NCBI RefSeq assembly: GCF_000446015.1
Contig: NC_022093.1
Coordinates: forward strand, 510,001-542,000
Direction: 5' to 3'
Length of the DNA stretch: 32,000 bases
From: Thermofilum adornatum
Lineage (GTDB): Archaea > Thermoproteota > Thermoprotei > Thermofilales > Thermofilaceae
Position numbers and translations under genes: made by a program
The notes under the pieces: generated by a model
Database searches by the model: none
What the model was told of the DNA's origin: nothing
What the model saw: the letters and a program-made list of their open reading frames with translations, nothing else
Shown here: positions 1-9,009 of the stretch, piece by piece
How the letters are laid out: each line of letters opens with the position of its first letter
Position numbering within the stretch: position 1 is the stretch's first letter

Positions 1-633
1 ATAGATATTAGGGAATTTGTATTTGTGCGTGATGTATTGGAAAAATATGATCTTGGCCCGAATGGTGCAATTATAGCTTCACTTGATCTCGCAGTTGAGT
101 ATCTAGATAAAGTCACGGACCAGGTCAACGAGCTACCGGAGGGATATGTCCTAGTCGACACACCGGGGCAAATGGAGATATTCGCTTATAGGCAGAGCGG
201 AAGGTACATTATTAAGGAGCTTTGTCCTTTGGATAGGAAGTGCTCAGCAGTATTTTTGATTGATGCAACAATTTGCATGGAGCCCTACGACTTCTTGTCG
301 CAGATCTTTCTCTCGTCTTCGGTTTACTACCGTTTCAGGGTTCCCCTTTTAGCCCTCATTAACAAAATCGACCTCCTGGATCAGAAAGAAAGAGAAAAAA
401 TAGCGAAATGGGTCTCCGAGAAAGATGCATTAGAAAATGCCCTGGAAGGCATAGAGTCAGTTGACAAGGATTTCACGAGAAAAATTGCAAGGATGCTGTC
501 TGAATATATGGAAATCGTACCGTTCATACCTGTCTCTTCAAAGCTAAGTGAAAATTTTGAAGAAGTCTATTATTACCTCCATCAAATATATCGTGGCGGC
601 GAGGACTTCGAAAAAGAAGAGCTTGAAGAGTAA
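1..633 (+). CDS. GPN-loop GTPase (PAB0955 / Npa3-XAB1 family), 5' end cut by window edge
   Basis: Frame 1 is open from nt 1 (IDIREFVFVRDVLEKYDLGPNGAII...), so the GTG at 25 is not the true start. It has the family-defining GPN motif (DLGPNG), DTPGQMEIF and LINKIDLL (NKxD-like). Confidence 0.8.
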   Translation: MDIREFVFVRDVLEKYDLGPNGAIIASLDLAVEYLDKVTDQVNELPEGYVLVDTPGQMEIFAYRQSGRYIIKELCPLDRKCSAVFLIDATICMEPYDFLSQIFLSSSVYYRFRVPLLALINKIDLLDQKEREKIAKWVSEKDALENALEGIESVDKDFTRKIARMLSEYMEIVPFIPVSSKLSENFEEVYYYLHQIYRGGEDFEKEELEE

Positions 634-643
634 AAAACTACAT

Positions 644-1336
644 TTAGAAGAACTCCTTAACTTTTTCAATACTCGGAGACTGTGTAATGTACCTTCCCAC
701 TACATATATGTCTGGATCTAGGACAGACACTTGTTTCATGGTTTGGGGCGTTAATCCGCCTGCAATCGCGATTTGAACATCCGGGTAGGTCTCTCTAACA
801 GTCTTCACTATGCTTACCAGCTCCTGGAAAAAGTTTATGTTTGCTGTTTCCTCGTCGATCCCTCTGTGTAGGTAAAGAATAAGGTTATTTTCTGGGAAAT
901 TAGTCTCCTTTGCTACCTTTAGAGTTTTTTCTATTTCTCTTCTAAGCTCTTGTAGAGGCACACCGATAAAGTCTACTCCTGCTTGTTTGCCGTATTCGAG
1001 GCTAGTTTTAAGAAAAGACTTTACAGTTGCAAGCGGGGCACGTGCAAGGACAGATGCTATGTCTGCCCCGTTCCTGTATGCTAGAGAGGCCTCGAGCTCT
1101 CCAACGTCCGCTGTTTTTAGGTCTGCGAGGACTGGTAAGTTGCCAGAGGCTAGCTTAAGTTTCGGGAGAAACCTGAGCCCAAGCATTTTTATGAGGGGGG
1201 TACCAGCCTCTATAATTATTCTTTCTCCAGGAATCAAGCCTTGCTTGCATGCCTGACTTACCAGTGAAGAAATTTGCAGGGCTGGTTCTTCGTCGACTAA
1301 GTCGATCGCTATCTGGAGCTTGTATTTTCTCGACAC
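644..1336 (-). CDS. OMP-decarboxylase-suprafamily (beta/alpha)8 barrel, 3-hexulose-6-phosphate synthase-like
   Basis: 230-aa ORF. KLQIAIDL near the N-terminus and ADLKTADVGELE (D-x-K-x-x-D) resemble HPS/KGPDC-type members rather than PyrF. Motif recall only. Confidence 0.55.
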   Translation of the reverse strand: MSRKYKLQIAIDLVDEEPALQISSLVSQACKQGLIPGERIIIEAGTPLIKMLGLRFLPKLKLASGNLPVLADLKTADVGELEASLAYRNGADIASVLARAPLATVKSFLKTSLEYGKQAGVDFIGVPLQELRREIEKTLKVAKETNFPENNLILYLHRGIDEETANINFFQELVSIVKTVRETYPDVQIAIAGGLTPQTMKQVSVLDPDIYVVGRYITQSPSIEKVKEFF

Positions 1337-1392
1337 GAAATAAGCATGTCCCTATAGTTTTAAAGTTTTGGCTGGCTGTGCTGGGTAGCTGG

Positions 1393-2337
1393 CTACTGTT
1401 GCTTGAGATTTAGTAGGTTGAATTCTGCTAGGAGCTTGTACTCTTCGAGGGTTATTGGTTCGCCTTTCTGGTATTTCTCGAAGGCCTCTAGTGCCTTTCC
1501 TTGTAGCAGCCTCCTCCTCTCATCGATGTGTCTGGCAAGCTCTTTTGCCTTTAACAGGATGGATACTCTTTCGAGTTCTTCTCTAATGGCTCTCTCCTCG
1601 CTCAGCAAAGAGATGTAGAGCTGGTGGTGCTGGTTGGCTTCTTCCCTAATCCTGTCACGTTCCTGTCTGAGCGATATTATCTTTTTGACGAGTTCTTCTC
1701 TTTGCTGCTTCAAGTTCTGCATTGACTCCTTGAGTTTCAAGTACTCTGCCACCGTGTTTTTCAGCTCTTCATTTATCTGTTGTATTTCTTGTTTGAGGGC
1801 AGGGATCTTGTTTCTGATTTCGTCTATTTTTGATCTGAGCTCATTCAGATGCTTGACGTTGACATAGATTGACTCGAGGCTACGGATCTTGTTAATTACG
1901 ATTTTTTCGACTTCTGGCGGCAAAGTGGTTGTCTGGTACTGCCATTCTAGCTGTTCTATCCTGCTTCTAAGCTCGTCTTCATCTATTCTTTTTGCGCCAA
2001 TGAAGCTCCTCAAGTTTTTGTATTCAACGTTGAGGCGTTTTAGTTCCTCCCTGAGGCGGTTGAGCTCTTCTGTCTTTGCTTTTCTATCCTCCCTTAGCTT
2101 AGAAAGCTTCTCGTATAGACTCTTTTTCTGTTCCGCAACTGTAGAGATCTGTTGCTTTAGCTGTTGATATTGTTCACGTAGGGTTCTCAGCTCGGCTGAT
2201 AGCCTCTTTACTTCGCTATTTGCTGTGTCCCTTTTTGCCCTGGCATCCTGCATTTTGCCTGTGACTTCCTGTAATTTCTGCCTGAGGTCGATCAGTTGTT
2301 GTTTTAGTGATTCGATGGATTCTGTATCTGCAGACAT
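1393..2337 (-). CDS. Conserved archaeal coiled-coil protein (COG1340-like), function unknown
   Basis: 314 aa, almost entirely K/E/R/Q/L-rich heptad-like helix (LKQQLIDLRQKLQE, LNRLREELKRLNVEYKNL). No enzymatic motif. A TATA-like TTTATAAG lies on the minus strand about 55 nt upstream. Confidence 0.6.
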   Translation of the reverse strand: MSADTESIESLKQQLIDLRQKLQEVTGKMQDARAKRDTANSEVKRLSAELRTLREQYQQLKQQISTVAEQKKSLYEKLSKLREDRKAKTEELNRLREELKRLNVEYKNLRSFIGAKRIDEDELRSRIEQLEWQYQTTTLPPEVEKIVINKIRSLESIYVNVKHLNELRSKIDEIRNKIPALKQEIQQINEELKNTVAEYLKLKESMQNLKQQREELVKKIISLRQERDRIREEANQHHQLYISLLSEERAIREELERVSILLKAKELARHIDERRRLLQGKALEAFEKYQKGEPITLEEYKLLAEFNLLNLKQQ

Positions 2338-2483
2338 ATGTTCTGCGCCTTGTGTAGTCGTTTTGCAATTCGTGGATTTAACCGCTTCACTTATAAATCT
2401 TTGCTTTAAAGTGTTCGTAGTTTTAAACGAAGCATCATCAAAATTTTTGGGCTGTTTATCTTATGATGTAATGGAGATTAGGT

Positions 2484-3323
2484 CTATACTTCAACTATGA
2501 CACAGAATTTCTGGCTTACTTCTTTTATTATTCTTCTCAAGGTCAGTGATGAAACTCCTGCCTGTTTTGAAATTTTTGACTGAGGAAATTTCGTATCAAG
2601 CATGGTAGAAAAAATGTATACAGACGCGGCCGCTATCCCTCTAGGCTTTTTTCCGTGCAGTAGACTTCCCAGTTCGTCGGCGAATTGTGCTAGGAGAGAG
2701 AGGTTTATTCGAGATTTTTGTTGAGAAAATTCTTGCGAGGAAATTATTTGTGAAATATATTTGCTTGGCTTTGCCAATGAAGACCTTTTGCTTTGGAGAT
2801 AGCCATTCATCAGCAAGTATCTATAGGTTTTTCTTATCTTGGACTCTGATACACCTGTTATTTCTGCAAGCGTCCTGAAAGAGACATTTATGTTTTCCGA
2901 ATTAGCAGAAACGAAGTAGATGATTGAAGAGATTATGGCCTTGTGGTTTTTCCCTTTCAGAATTCCCTGTTTGTGTAGCCTAGTAAAGATTTCTTTTGCT
3001 TCTTCAATGATGTACTGGGGGAGATTGACTTTCTTAGCAATTACCTCTGTTTGATACAATAGATTTTCTTCGCGTGAGACTCCACTTCTAGTAATTCTTT
3101 GAGCGATACGATGTTTCTCTGCGATTTCCGGAGGTGTAGTGTCTATTCCACGCTTTATGGGATGGTCATGTACCTTTCTCTGGAACTCTTCTTTTGATCT
3201 TGCTGATCTTCCTTCCTGTAATAGCTGCTCTGGGAAAACATACCCGCAGTTTGGGCAAACATATTCTCCTGTTTCTGCATTAATTATGGGGGCAACCTTT
3301 AGGCCACAGTTTGGACAAGTTAT
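2484..3323 (-). CDS. tfb: Transcription factor B (TFIIB homolog); start codon unresolved
   Basis: The ORF track starts at TTG 3059 and covers only the two cyclin-like repeats. The same frame stays open upstream to 3356 and encodes a CPNC-x16-CPNC zinc ribbon plus a linker. None of those 99 upstream codons is ATG, GTG or TTG. The 5' end is placed provisionally at ATA 3323-3321, which overlaps the gar1 stop. Confidence 0.7.
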   Translation of the reverse strand: MTCPNCGLKVAPIINAETGEYVCPNCGYVFPEQLLQEGRSARSKEEFQRKVHDHPIKRGIDTTPPEIAEKHRIAQRITRSGVSREENLLYQTEVIAKKVNLPQYIIEEAKEIFTRLHKQGILKGKNHKAIISSIIYFVSANSENINVSFRTLAEITGVSESKIRKTYRYLLMNGYLQSKRSSLAKPSKYISQIISSQEFSQQKSRINLSLLAQFADELGSLLHGKKPRGIAAASVYIFSTMLDTKFPQSKISKQAGVSSLTLRRIIKEVSQKFCVIVEV

Positions 3324-3604
3324 TTCTTGCCCTTTGCTTTTTTGCGTCGTGCCTGGTCACCTGTTCTTGAGGTATTACCCGTCCAGTAGAGCATTTTACC
3401 GACAAGTGACTCTGGCTTCCACCGTGACGCGTCTACTTTGACCAATACAAAGGGGGAAGAAACTGGACCTATAACGTCGTACACATAGCCGACCAGCATA
3501 GCTTTTTCATCGTAGACTTTTTCTCCTATCGGTGGCGCATTTTTTGCTTCAACTACAAGATTCCTGTTTCTCGAGAGTAGCCTTACACGACCAATGAGTT
3601 GCAT
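3320..3604 (-). CDS. gar1: H/ACA ribonucleoprotein subunit Gar1
   Basis: 94 aa. MQLIGRV...NLVVEA...PPIGEKVYDE...VGYVYDVIGPVSSPFVLVK matches the archaeal Gar1 beta-barrel pattern. The C-terminal tail is K-rich. Confidence 0.8.
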   Translation of the reverse strand: MQLIGRVRLLSRNRNLVVEAKNAPPIGEKVYDEKAMLVGYVYDVIGPVSSPFVLVKVDASRWKPESLVGKMLYWTGNTSRTGDQARRKKAKGKK

Positions 3605-3708
3605 AGGATTACTTTACACAGGCAAGTAATTTAACTTTATTATCTGGAAAGGGCCAAGACAAAAACCTATAAATGTTAGATTAAAGGCTACATAACTGTG
3701 AATGTTGC

Positions 3709-4980
3709 ATGCCTCAGGAAGTCTACGTTCACTTTACGCCACTCGGAGTAATACTTTCAAGTGACGAAAAGAATATTATGGATGTAATTTGCTTGTTCAA
3801 AGACAAGACTCCAAACGAGCTGGCACAAATTCTGTATAGCATAGAGAATGCCAGCTTGCCAGATGACGTTTTAGACAAGGTGTTCTCAAAGTTTACAGGC
3901 GGGAAAGACTACGTATTGATACTTGAGGACGAAGACTTGGCCCGCAGGGTTTCTCAAAAGTTTCCAAGTCTAAATATTCGTGTTGCACCATCAAACAAAG
4001 TTCACAGAGCAATAAGGCTCCAACAAGTAGAGATTATTTCCAAGAAGTGTGGAGTTTCTCCAGAGGAATATTACAATATAGTCTGGCAAGCCACAAACGT
4101 TCTTTCGAGGCTAAAAGTGAGAGAAAAAGCAGAGAAAAGAGACTTATACATAGCACAGGCAGTAAATGCTCTAGACGACATCAACAAAACAATCAATTTA
4201 TTCGCTTCAAGAGTGCGTGAATGGTATAGCCTGCATTTCCCAGAACTCAACGATATAGTGGAGGACCACGAGGACTACTTCAAAATCGTCAGCAAGATTG
4301 GTGGACGAAACGAAATTACAAAGGAAGCACTAGAGAAACTTGGATTCAAAGAAGACGTTATTAAGAAAATTGTTGACGCGGCATCCTCTAGCATGGGGGC
4401 AGAACTAACAAGCTTCGATTTAGAGGCGCTCCGGCTGGTATCAGACATAGGTTTACAGCTCTACGACGCTCGTAGGAAACTCGAGAAATACATCGATGAA
4501 GCTATGTATGAGGTCGCGCCAAACATACGAGGAATAGTTGGCTCGGTTCTCGGCGCCAGATTAATATCTCTCGCAGGTGGACTAGAGAAATTGGCGAGAA
4601 TGCCAGCAAGCACTATCCAGGTTCTGGGGGCTGAGAAGGCTCTCTTCAGGGCGCTACGCTTCGGGGCCAAGCCGCCGAAACACGGTGTCATTTTCCAGCA
4701 TCCATACATCCACAAGGCGCCAAAGTGGCAAAGAGGTAAAATTGCAAGGGCCCTCGCAGGGAAACTAGCAATAGCCGCCAGAATCGATGCTTTCACAGGT
4801 GAATATAGGGCAGACGAGCTTCGAGAAGACCTTGAAAAGAGAATAGAAGAGATCAAGACACTGTATGCAAAGCCCCCTGCGAAACCACCTAGGCCCCCCA
4901 AGAAAGAGGGACATAGAGAGGGCCACGGCAAAAAATTTGAAAAGAAAAAATTTGAAAAAGGTAGAGGTGAGAGAAAGTGA
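3709..4980 (+). CDS. nop5: Box C/D RNP core protein Nop5 (Nop56/58 homolog)
   Basis: 423 aa with Nop-domain motifs [21 protein letters not shown] and [10 protein letters not shown]. It has a K/E-rich tail. A TATA-like CCTATAAATG lies about 40 nt upstream. It overlaps the fibrillarin gene by 4 nt (GTGA). Confidence 0.9.
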   Translation: MPQEVYVHFTPLGVILSSDEKNIMDVICLFKDKTPNELAQILYSIENASLPDDVLDKVFSKFTGGKDYVLILEDEDLARRVSQKFPSLNIRVAPSNKVHRAIRLQQVEIISKKCGVSPEEYYNIVWQATNVLSRLKVREKAEKRDLYIAQAVNALDDINKTINLFASRVREWYSLHFPELNDIVEDHEDYFKIVSKIGGRNEITKEALEKLGFKEDVIKKIVDAASSSMGAELTSFDLEALRLVSDIGLQLYDARRKLEKYIDEAMYEVAPNIRGIVGSVLGARLISLAGGLEKLARMPASTIQVLGAEKALFRALRFGAKPPKHGVIFQHPYIHKAPKWQRGKIARALAGKLAIAARIDAFTGEYRADELREDLEKRIEEIKTLYAKPPAKPPRPPKKEGHREGHGKKFEKKKFEKGRGERK

Positions 4981-5678
4981 TTAGACCAATAAGGATACGT
5001 GAACACGAGAAGTTTCAAGGAATCTATGTAGTCGAGTTCGAGGACGGCTCGCAAAGACTAGCTACAGCGAGCCTTGCGCCAGGCGTCAAGGTCTACGATG
5101 AAATGTTGATACCATTTGAGAACAAGGAATTAAGGACATGGAACCCGTATAGAAGCAAGCTTGCAGGAGCCATACTAAAGGGTATAGAATTAAACCCGAT
5201 AAAGCCGGGAACAAAAGTACTTTATTTAGGCGTCGCGTCTGGGACAACCCCAAGCCACGTCTCCGACATTATTGGTCCCAGCGGTATATTGTATGGTGTC
5301 GAATTTGCCCCACGTGTGATGCGTGAATTTGTCGAAAAAGTTGCCAAGTACAGGAAAAACGTTATACCGCTCCTCGCAGATGCCCGGTTCCCAGCCAAAT
5401 ACGCACATATAGTTGAACTCGTAGATGTTGTCTATGCCGACATAGCCCAGCCGTTCCAGGCAAAGTATGTGGCAGACAACGCAGACTTTTTCCTAAAGCA
5501 GGGTGGCCACATCATGATGGCAATAAAGGCTATGAGTATCGATGTAACAGCGGCTCCTTCAGAGACCTATAAAAAGGAAATCTCTCACTTAGAAGAAAGA
5601 GGCTACAAAGTAAAGGATGTAAAACACTTAGAGCCGTACGATGAGGCACACGCGTTCGTGATAGCAGAAAAGACGTAA
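4977..5678 (+). CDS. flpA: Fibrillarin-like rRNA/tRNA 2'-O-methyltransferase
   Basis: 233 aa with GVKVYDE, SAM motif [19 protein letters not shown] and [10 protein letters not shown]. The GTG start sits 7 nt downstream of GAGGTGA (4964-4970), which is complementary to the 16S 3' end found in this window. Confidence 0.9.
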   Translation: MIRPIRIREHEKFQGIYVVEFEDGSQRLATASLAPGVKVYDEMLIPFENKELRTWNPYRSKLAGAILKGIELNPIKPGTKVLYLGVASGTTPSHVSDIIGPSGILYGVEFAPRVMREFVEKVAKYRKNVIPLLADARFPAKYAHIVELVDVVYADIAQPFQAKYVADNADFFLKQGGHIMMAIKAMSIDVTAAPSETYKKEISHLEERGYKVKDVKHLEPYDEAHAFVIAEKT

Positions 5679-5739
5679 GGTTTATTGGGAAAAGTTTAAA
5701 AATAAAGGCGGTATTTCTTCTTTAGAAGAAACAGACACT

Positions 5740-6663
5740 ATGGTCGACAAGATACACATTCAGCTCAAGAAGCCTAATTATTGTGTTGATGAGCTTACGG
5801 TAGTTTCTCGTGAAGTTATTGCGACAAAAAAGGTAAAGGATGCCTACAGTGTTCCACAAAGCATTGCAGATAATCTCAAATCTTTTAGCAAGTTCTTGAA
5901 CGGCATTCCACTCATAGTGGCAGAAGAGTATAAGGGAGAAAACATAGAAGAAGAAGTAGTTTACACGAGACACAATATCCCTGTGGTTAGCGAGAAAACA
6001 GCTGAATCCCTGATAGAGGGGAGAAATAGCTACTTTATATATGTGAATAAGGGAGGGATCTTCGTAAAAATAGACGGGAAAAAGCTTAAAGAGATTAGAG
6101 AAAGAAAGGGTATCTCGAGGACACGTTTGGCACGAGAACTAGGGGTGTCAATCAAGGCTGTTGCTTACTACGAGGAGGGGGTAAGTGACGTAAGCCTGGA
6201 AATAGCTTCAAAGCTTGAGGAGATAATTGGAGACGAGGTATTTGAAAGACTTAATATTGAGTCTCTAAAAGAACTTGTTCCCCAAAAAGAGACAGTTGTC
6301 GAGACAAAAAACACGAAGTCTGGCAAGGAAAATAGGGACATTGAGAGGCTCATCCAGTTTTTAAAAGATATGATAAAAGAGAAATACTTCTTCGACAAAG
6401 CTCCTTTCGATGCTGGGTTCAAGGTTTCCACGAGCATGTTTCACAGGATAGCAGTGAAGACTGGTATCCAGGAAGACGAGGAGCTAGAAGAAATTTCCAA
6501 GATCTCTAAAGCAACACATACCCCCACTATTGTACTAGGAGAAGAGAATACGGAGACAGCAAGCGATGATGAAAACCTAATAACCCTAGATAAGCAGAAA
6601 ATAGAAAAAATCCGAGAAATCTTGGCTAGAACCCCCATTTCTAGACAGTTTAGCATCGAATAA
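5740..6663 (+). CDS. Archaeal HTH (XRE/Cro-type) transcriptional regulator, COG1395-like
   Basis: 307 aa with a central helix-turn-helix, LKEIRERKGISRTRLARELGVSIKAVAYYEEG. A TATA-like GTTTAAAAATAAA lies at about 5693-5706. Confidence 0.65.
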   Translation: MVDKIHIQLKKPNYCVDELTVVSREVIATKKVKDAYSVPQSIADNLKSFSKFLNGIPLIVAEEYKGENIEEEVVYTRHNIPVVSEKTAESLIEGRNSYFIYVNKGGIFVKIDGKKLKEIRERKGISRTRLARELGVSIKAVAYYEEGVSDVSLEIASKLEEIIGDEVFERLNIESLKELVPQKETVVETKNTKSGKENRDIERLIQFLKDMIKEKYFFDKAPFDAGFKVSTSMFHRIAVKTGIQEDEELEEISKISKATHTPTIVLGEENTETASDDENLITLDKQKIEKIREILARTPISRQFSIE

Positions 6664-6724
6664 CTAGTATCCTAAATCGCTGGGGATAAAAGTTCAATAA
6701 AGCGTTAAGCCTTCATTTTTACGC

Positions 6725-7879
6725 ATGTCTGTGAAGAGCGACATAATAACAGTGAGGGAAGGTAAGGGATCATTCCTCGTCTACTCGCCACAGAAATATA
6801 AGGATCCAGCGTGGGCACCCGTATTCTATAATCCGAGGATGAAGTGTTCCCGCGATATTTCATCCTCAATTATTCAGGCATACGCAAGACTGCTTGGCAA
6901 AGAAAGCCTTGTAGTTGTAGACGCTTTGAGCGCCACTGGCATTAGAGGTATAAGGTACTTGCTTGAAAACACGGCAGTTTCAAAGGTTATACTGAACGAC
7001 TTAAATCCTCGAGCAGTTGAGATTATACGTGAAAATGTTGAAATCAATAATGTTTCAGATTCAGTAGAGATACGCAACGAAGATGCTGTAAGGTTGCTAG
7101 CCTCCTTGAGAGGTATAGACATTGTAGATATCGACCCCTTTGGTAGCCCTGCAGAATTCATAGATCCTGCTATTCGGTCCCTAAAACACAAGGGTATGCT
7201 CTGTGTAACTGCTACAGATCTACCCCCTCTTCTAGGCAAGTTCCCCAAAACATGTCTCCGCAAGTATTTTGCGAAGAGTATTTTGACAGAATTTTCCCGT
7301 GAACTGGCCGTCAGAATAATGATTTATTTTGTGGCACGCGAAGCTGCAAAGCTCCGGAGAACAGCTGTCCCCGTGTTTTCTTTTTATCATAGTCACCATA
7401 TTAGGACATGTTTCATCGTACTGAGAAGAGAGACCCATTACAGTGGGCTAATTGATTCAATAGGGTTTGTATGGTACAACCCATCGAGCCTAGACCGGAA
7501 AGCGGTAAAGCTACTTGATTTTCGACTCGCTGGTAATGAATGGCTTATAGGTGGTCCCCTCTGGATATCTAATCTTGCATCACAAAAAATGGTAGAGACG
7601 GTGCTAGAGATTTACAGGGAGAGAGAACAGAACATGGATCTATGCAAGAATGGAGAAAAAATTGTCTCGCTAATGCTGAGTGAGAATGAGATGCCGCCTT
7701 TCTATTTTACCACAGAAAAACTGGCGGGGACTTATTCCCTAAAAGAAATGACAACAGAAGAAACTATAGAGAAACTCGTGAATGCAGGTTTTAGGGCTTC
7801 ACCTACACACTTTGAACCCAAGGGCTTCAAGACAGATGCCAACATAAATGATATAGTAGCTATCCTTAGAACGGCTTAA
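6725..7879 (+). CDS. trm1: tRNA (guanine26-N2)-dimethyltransferase Trm1
   Basis: 384 aa with FYNPRMKCSRD, the Rossmann segment VVDALSATGIRGIRY and the DIDPFGSP motif typical of Trm1. Confidence 0.8.
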   Translation: MSVKSDIITVREGKGSFLVYSPQKYKDPAWAPVFYNPRMKCSRDISSSIIQAYARLLGKESLVVVDALSATGIRGIRYLLENTAVSKVILNDLNPRAVEIIRENVEINNVSDSVEIRNEDAVRLLASLRGIDIVDIDPFGSPAEFIDPAIRSLKHKGMLCVTATDLPPLLGKFPKTCLRKYFAKSILTEFSRELAVRIMIYFVAREAAKLRRTAVPVFSFYHSHHIRTCFIVLRRETHYSGLIDSIGFVWYNPSSLDRKAVKLLDFRLAGNEWLIGGPLWISNLASQKMVETVLEIYREREQNMDLCKNGEKIVSLMLSENEMPPFYFTTEKLAGTYSLKEMTTEETIEKLVNAGFRASPTHFEPKGFKTDANINDIVAILRTA

Positions 7880-8297
7880 CTGGGGAAACAGCGCCACAGG
7901 CCATGCACTTGATATACATGAATTTCTTCTCCTTGACGAGGAATGTGTCAGGAGCATTGCATACTGGGCATTTCACGTATTCGTTGAAAAATCTTTCAAG
8001 CAACTTGTTTAGAGTCTGCGGCGAAACTTCGCCGTGTATAACTGCGACACCGTTTTCATAAACACCCGGCAGGGCAATCTCTCTTAGTATGAACCTCAAA
8101 AGTACAGGTGGATCTCTGTTCAGAAGGTCTGCAACCTCCTTAAAGTTGTGAATATAGACCTTTTTGCCCACTTTGCTGACCTCAAAGGATGGCAAAACAA
8201 ACCTTTCGCCTTGGCTTCTTTTCCTTCTCTTTGGTAACAGACTGTAGCCTCTTTCCAATAATTCATCGTAACTCATGAAGCCTTCACTTGTAGCCAC
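7866..8297 (-). CDS. Translation initiation factor aIF2 beta subunit
   Basis: The C-terminal zinc ribbon CPVCNAPDT...KCMACGA and the overall eIF2-beta/eIF5 pattern support the call. The track starts at GTG 8297, but the ATG at 8276 (MSYDELLERG) is a likelier start. The 3' end overlaps trm1 convergently by 14 nt. Confidence 0.85.
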   Translation of the reverse strand: MATSEGFMSYDELLERGYSLLPKRRKRSQGERFVLPSFEVSKVGKKVYIHNFKEVADLLNRDPPVLLRFILREIALPGVYENGVAVIHGEVSPQTLNKLLERFFNEYVKCPVCNAPDTFLVKEKKFMYIKCMACGAVSPVKPF

Positions 8298-8362
8298 TGG
8301 TAGACCCCTTCTCCCTATGCACTACAGAGTAATAAGAGTTACGCTTGTAGGTAAGTTACTCG

Positions 8363-8920
8363 TTACTCACTTGTAATCTCTATAATCTCTACGACTCCTT
8401 TTTTCTCGAGCTCTATGGCTAGACGTTTTGGTATATGTGCTGTATCTCCCTTATTGTAGGGTCCTCCCCTGAAGTCCTTGTCCAGAATCATAGAGTAAGG
8501 CTCTAAAAATGTTACGAGGGACATTTCCATCTTTTTGGGAGCTTCTTTTTGTTTCTCTTTTACCTCTTTTATTGGTTTACTAGTTTCCTGTAACTCTGAG
8601 GGTTGCACTGGAGGACGGCCTCCTTCACGTTGCGACATCGTGGAGAGAATCTTGTCTATTATTTCTTTTTCCTCTGGAGGGAGTTCTCGCAACTTATCCA
8701 TTTCGCCTCTAATGATTAGATCAATTTCTTTTTTAAGCCGGATTAGAAAGAGAATCCTAATTGTCTGTAAAACAGTTATACGTATCTGTGAATCCTTTTT
8801 TAGCTCTTCTATCGCCTTCAAAACCGTTTGATAGAATTCAGGCTCAAGCGTTTGGAGATTAATCTCGGTCAACTCTCTCTTGAATACATTGTAAACCTTT
8901 GCCGGCAAATCCGTACTCAT
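8363..8920 (-). CDS. GINS subunit, Gins15/Gins51-type (A domain then B domain)
   Basis: 185 aa. The helical N-terminal part (LQTLEPEFYQTVLKAIEELKK, LPPEEKEIIDKI) is followed by a low-complexity linker. The C-terminal module is beta-rich (GGPYNKGDTAHIPKRLAIELEKKGVVEII), the layout I recall for archaeal Gins51. Not verified by search. Confidence 0.5.
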   Translation of the reverse strand: MSTDLPAKVYNVFKRELTEINLQTLEPEFYQTVLKAIEELKKDSQIRITVLQTIRILFLIRLKKEIDLIIRGEMDKLRELPPEEKEIIDKILSTMSQREGGRPPVQPSELQETSKPIKEVKEKQKEAPKKMEMSLVTFLEPYSMILDKDFRGGPYNKGDTAHIPKRLAIELEKKGVVEIIEITSE

Positions 8921-9009
8921 TAAGCCGAATCATTTTATCTGGGGAACTGGACAATTTATATTTAGCGCGCAGAACAAGGCTTCCACTTGGCTTCCTAGGA
9001 AACTACACA

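Noticed and set aside
2338-2483. Possible box C/D sRNA: TGATGA on the minus strand near 2431-2436, and ATGATGT on the plus strand at about 2462-2468.
   Set aside because: There is no CUGA D or D' box at the required spacing of about 12 nt on either strand, and no terminal stem. The region is better explained as the tfb 3' end plus the promoter (TTTATAAG) of the coiled-coil gene.
1403-2500. Chain of plus-strand ORFs (71-92 aa) antisense to the coiled-coil gene. There are similar antisense ORFs inside nop5 (4461-5054), psmB (15811-16398), polB (16589-18764 series), the e2b genes, prs, Rpp30 and the CBS gene.
   Set aside because: Ser/Leu/Cys/Phe-rich translations are typical of the complement of K/E-rich coding sequence. 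Each is fully nested in a longer ORF with clear family motifs on the other strand.
2484-3059. Taking the 191-aa TTG-initiated ORF as the complete TFB gene.
   Set aside because: The same frame continues upstream without stops for 99 codons and encodes a textbook CxxC...CxxC zinc ribbon. The short call is therefore an artefact of requiring ATG/GTG/TTG (see finding).
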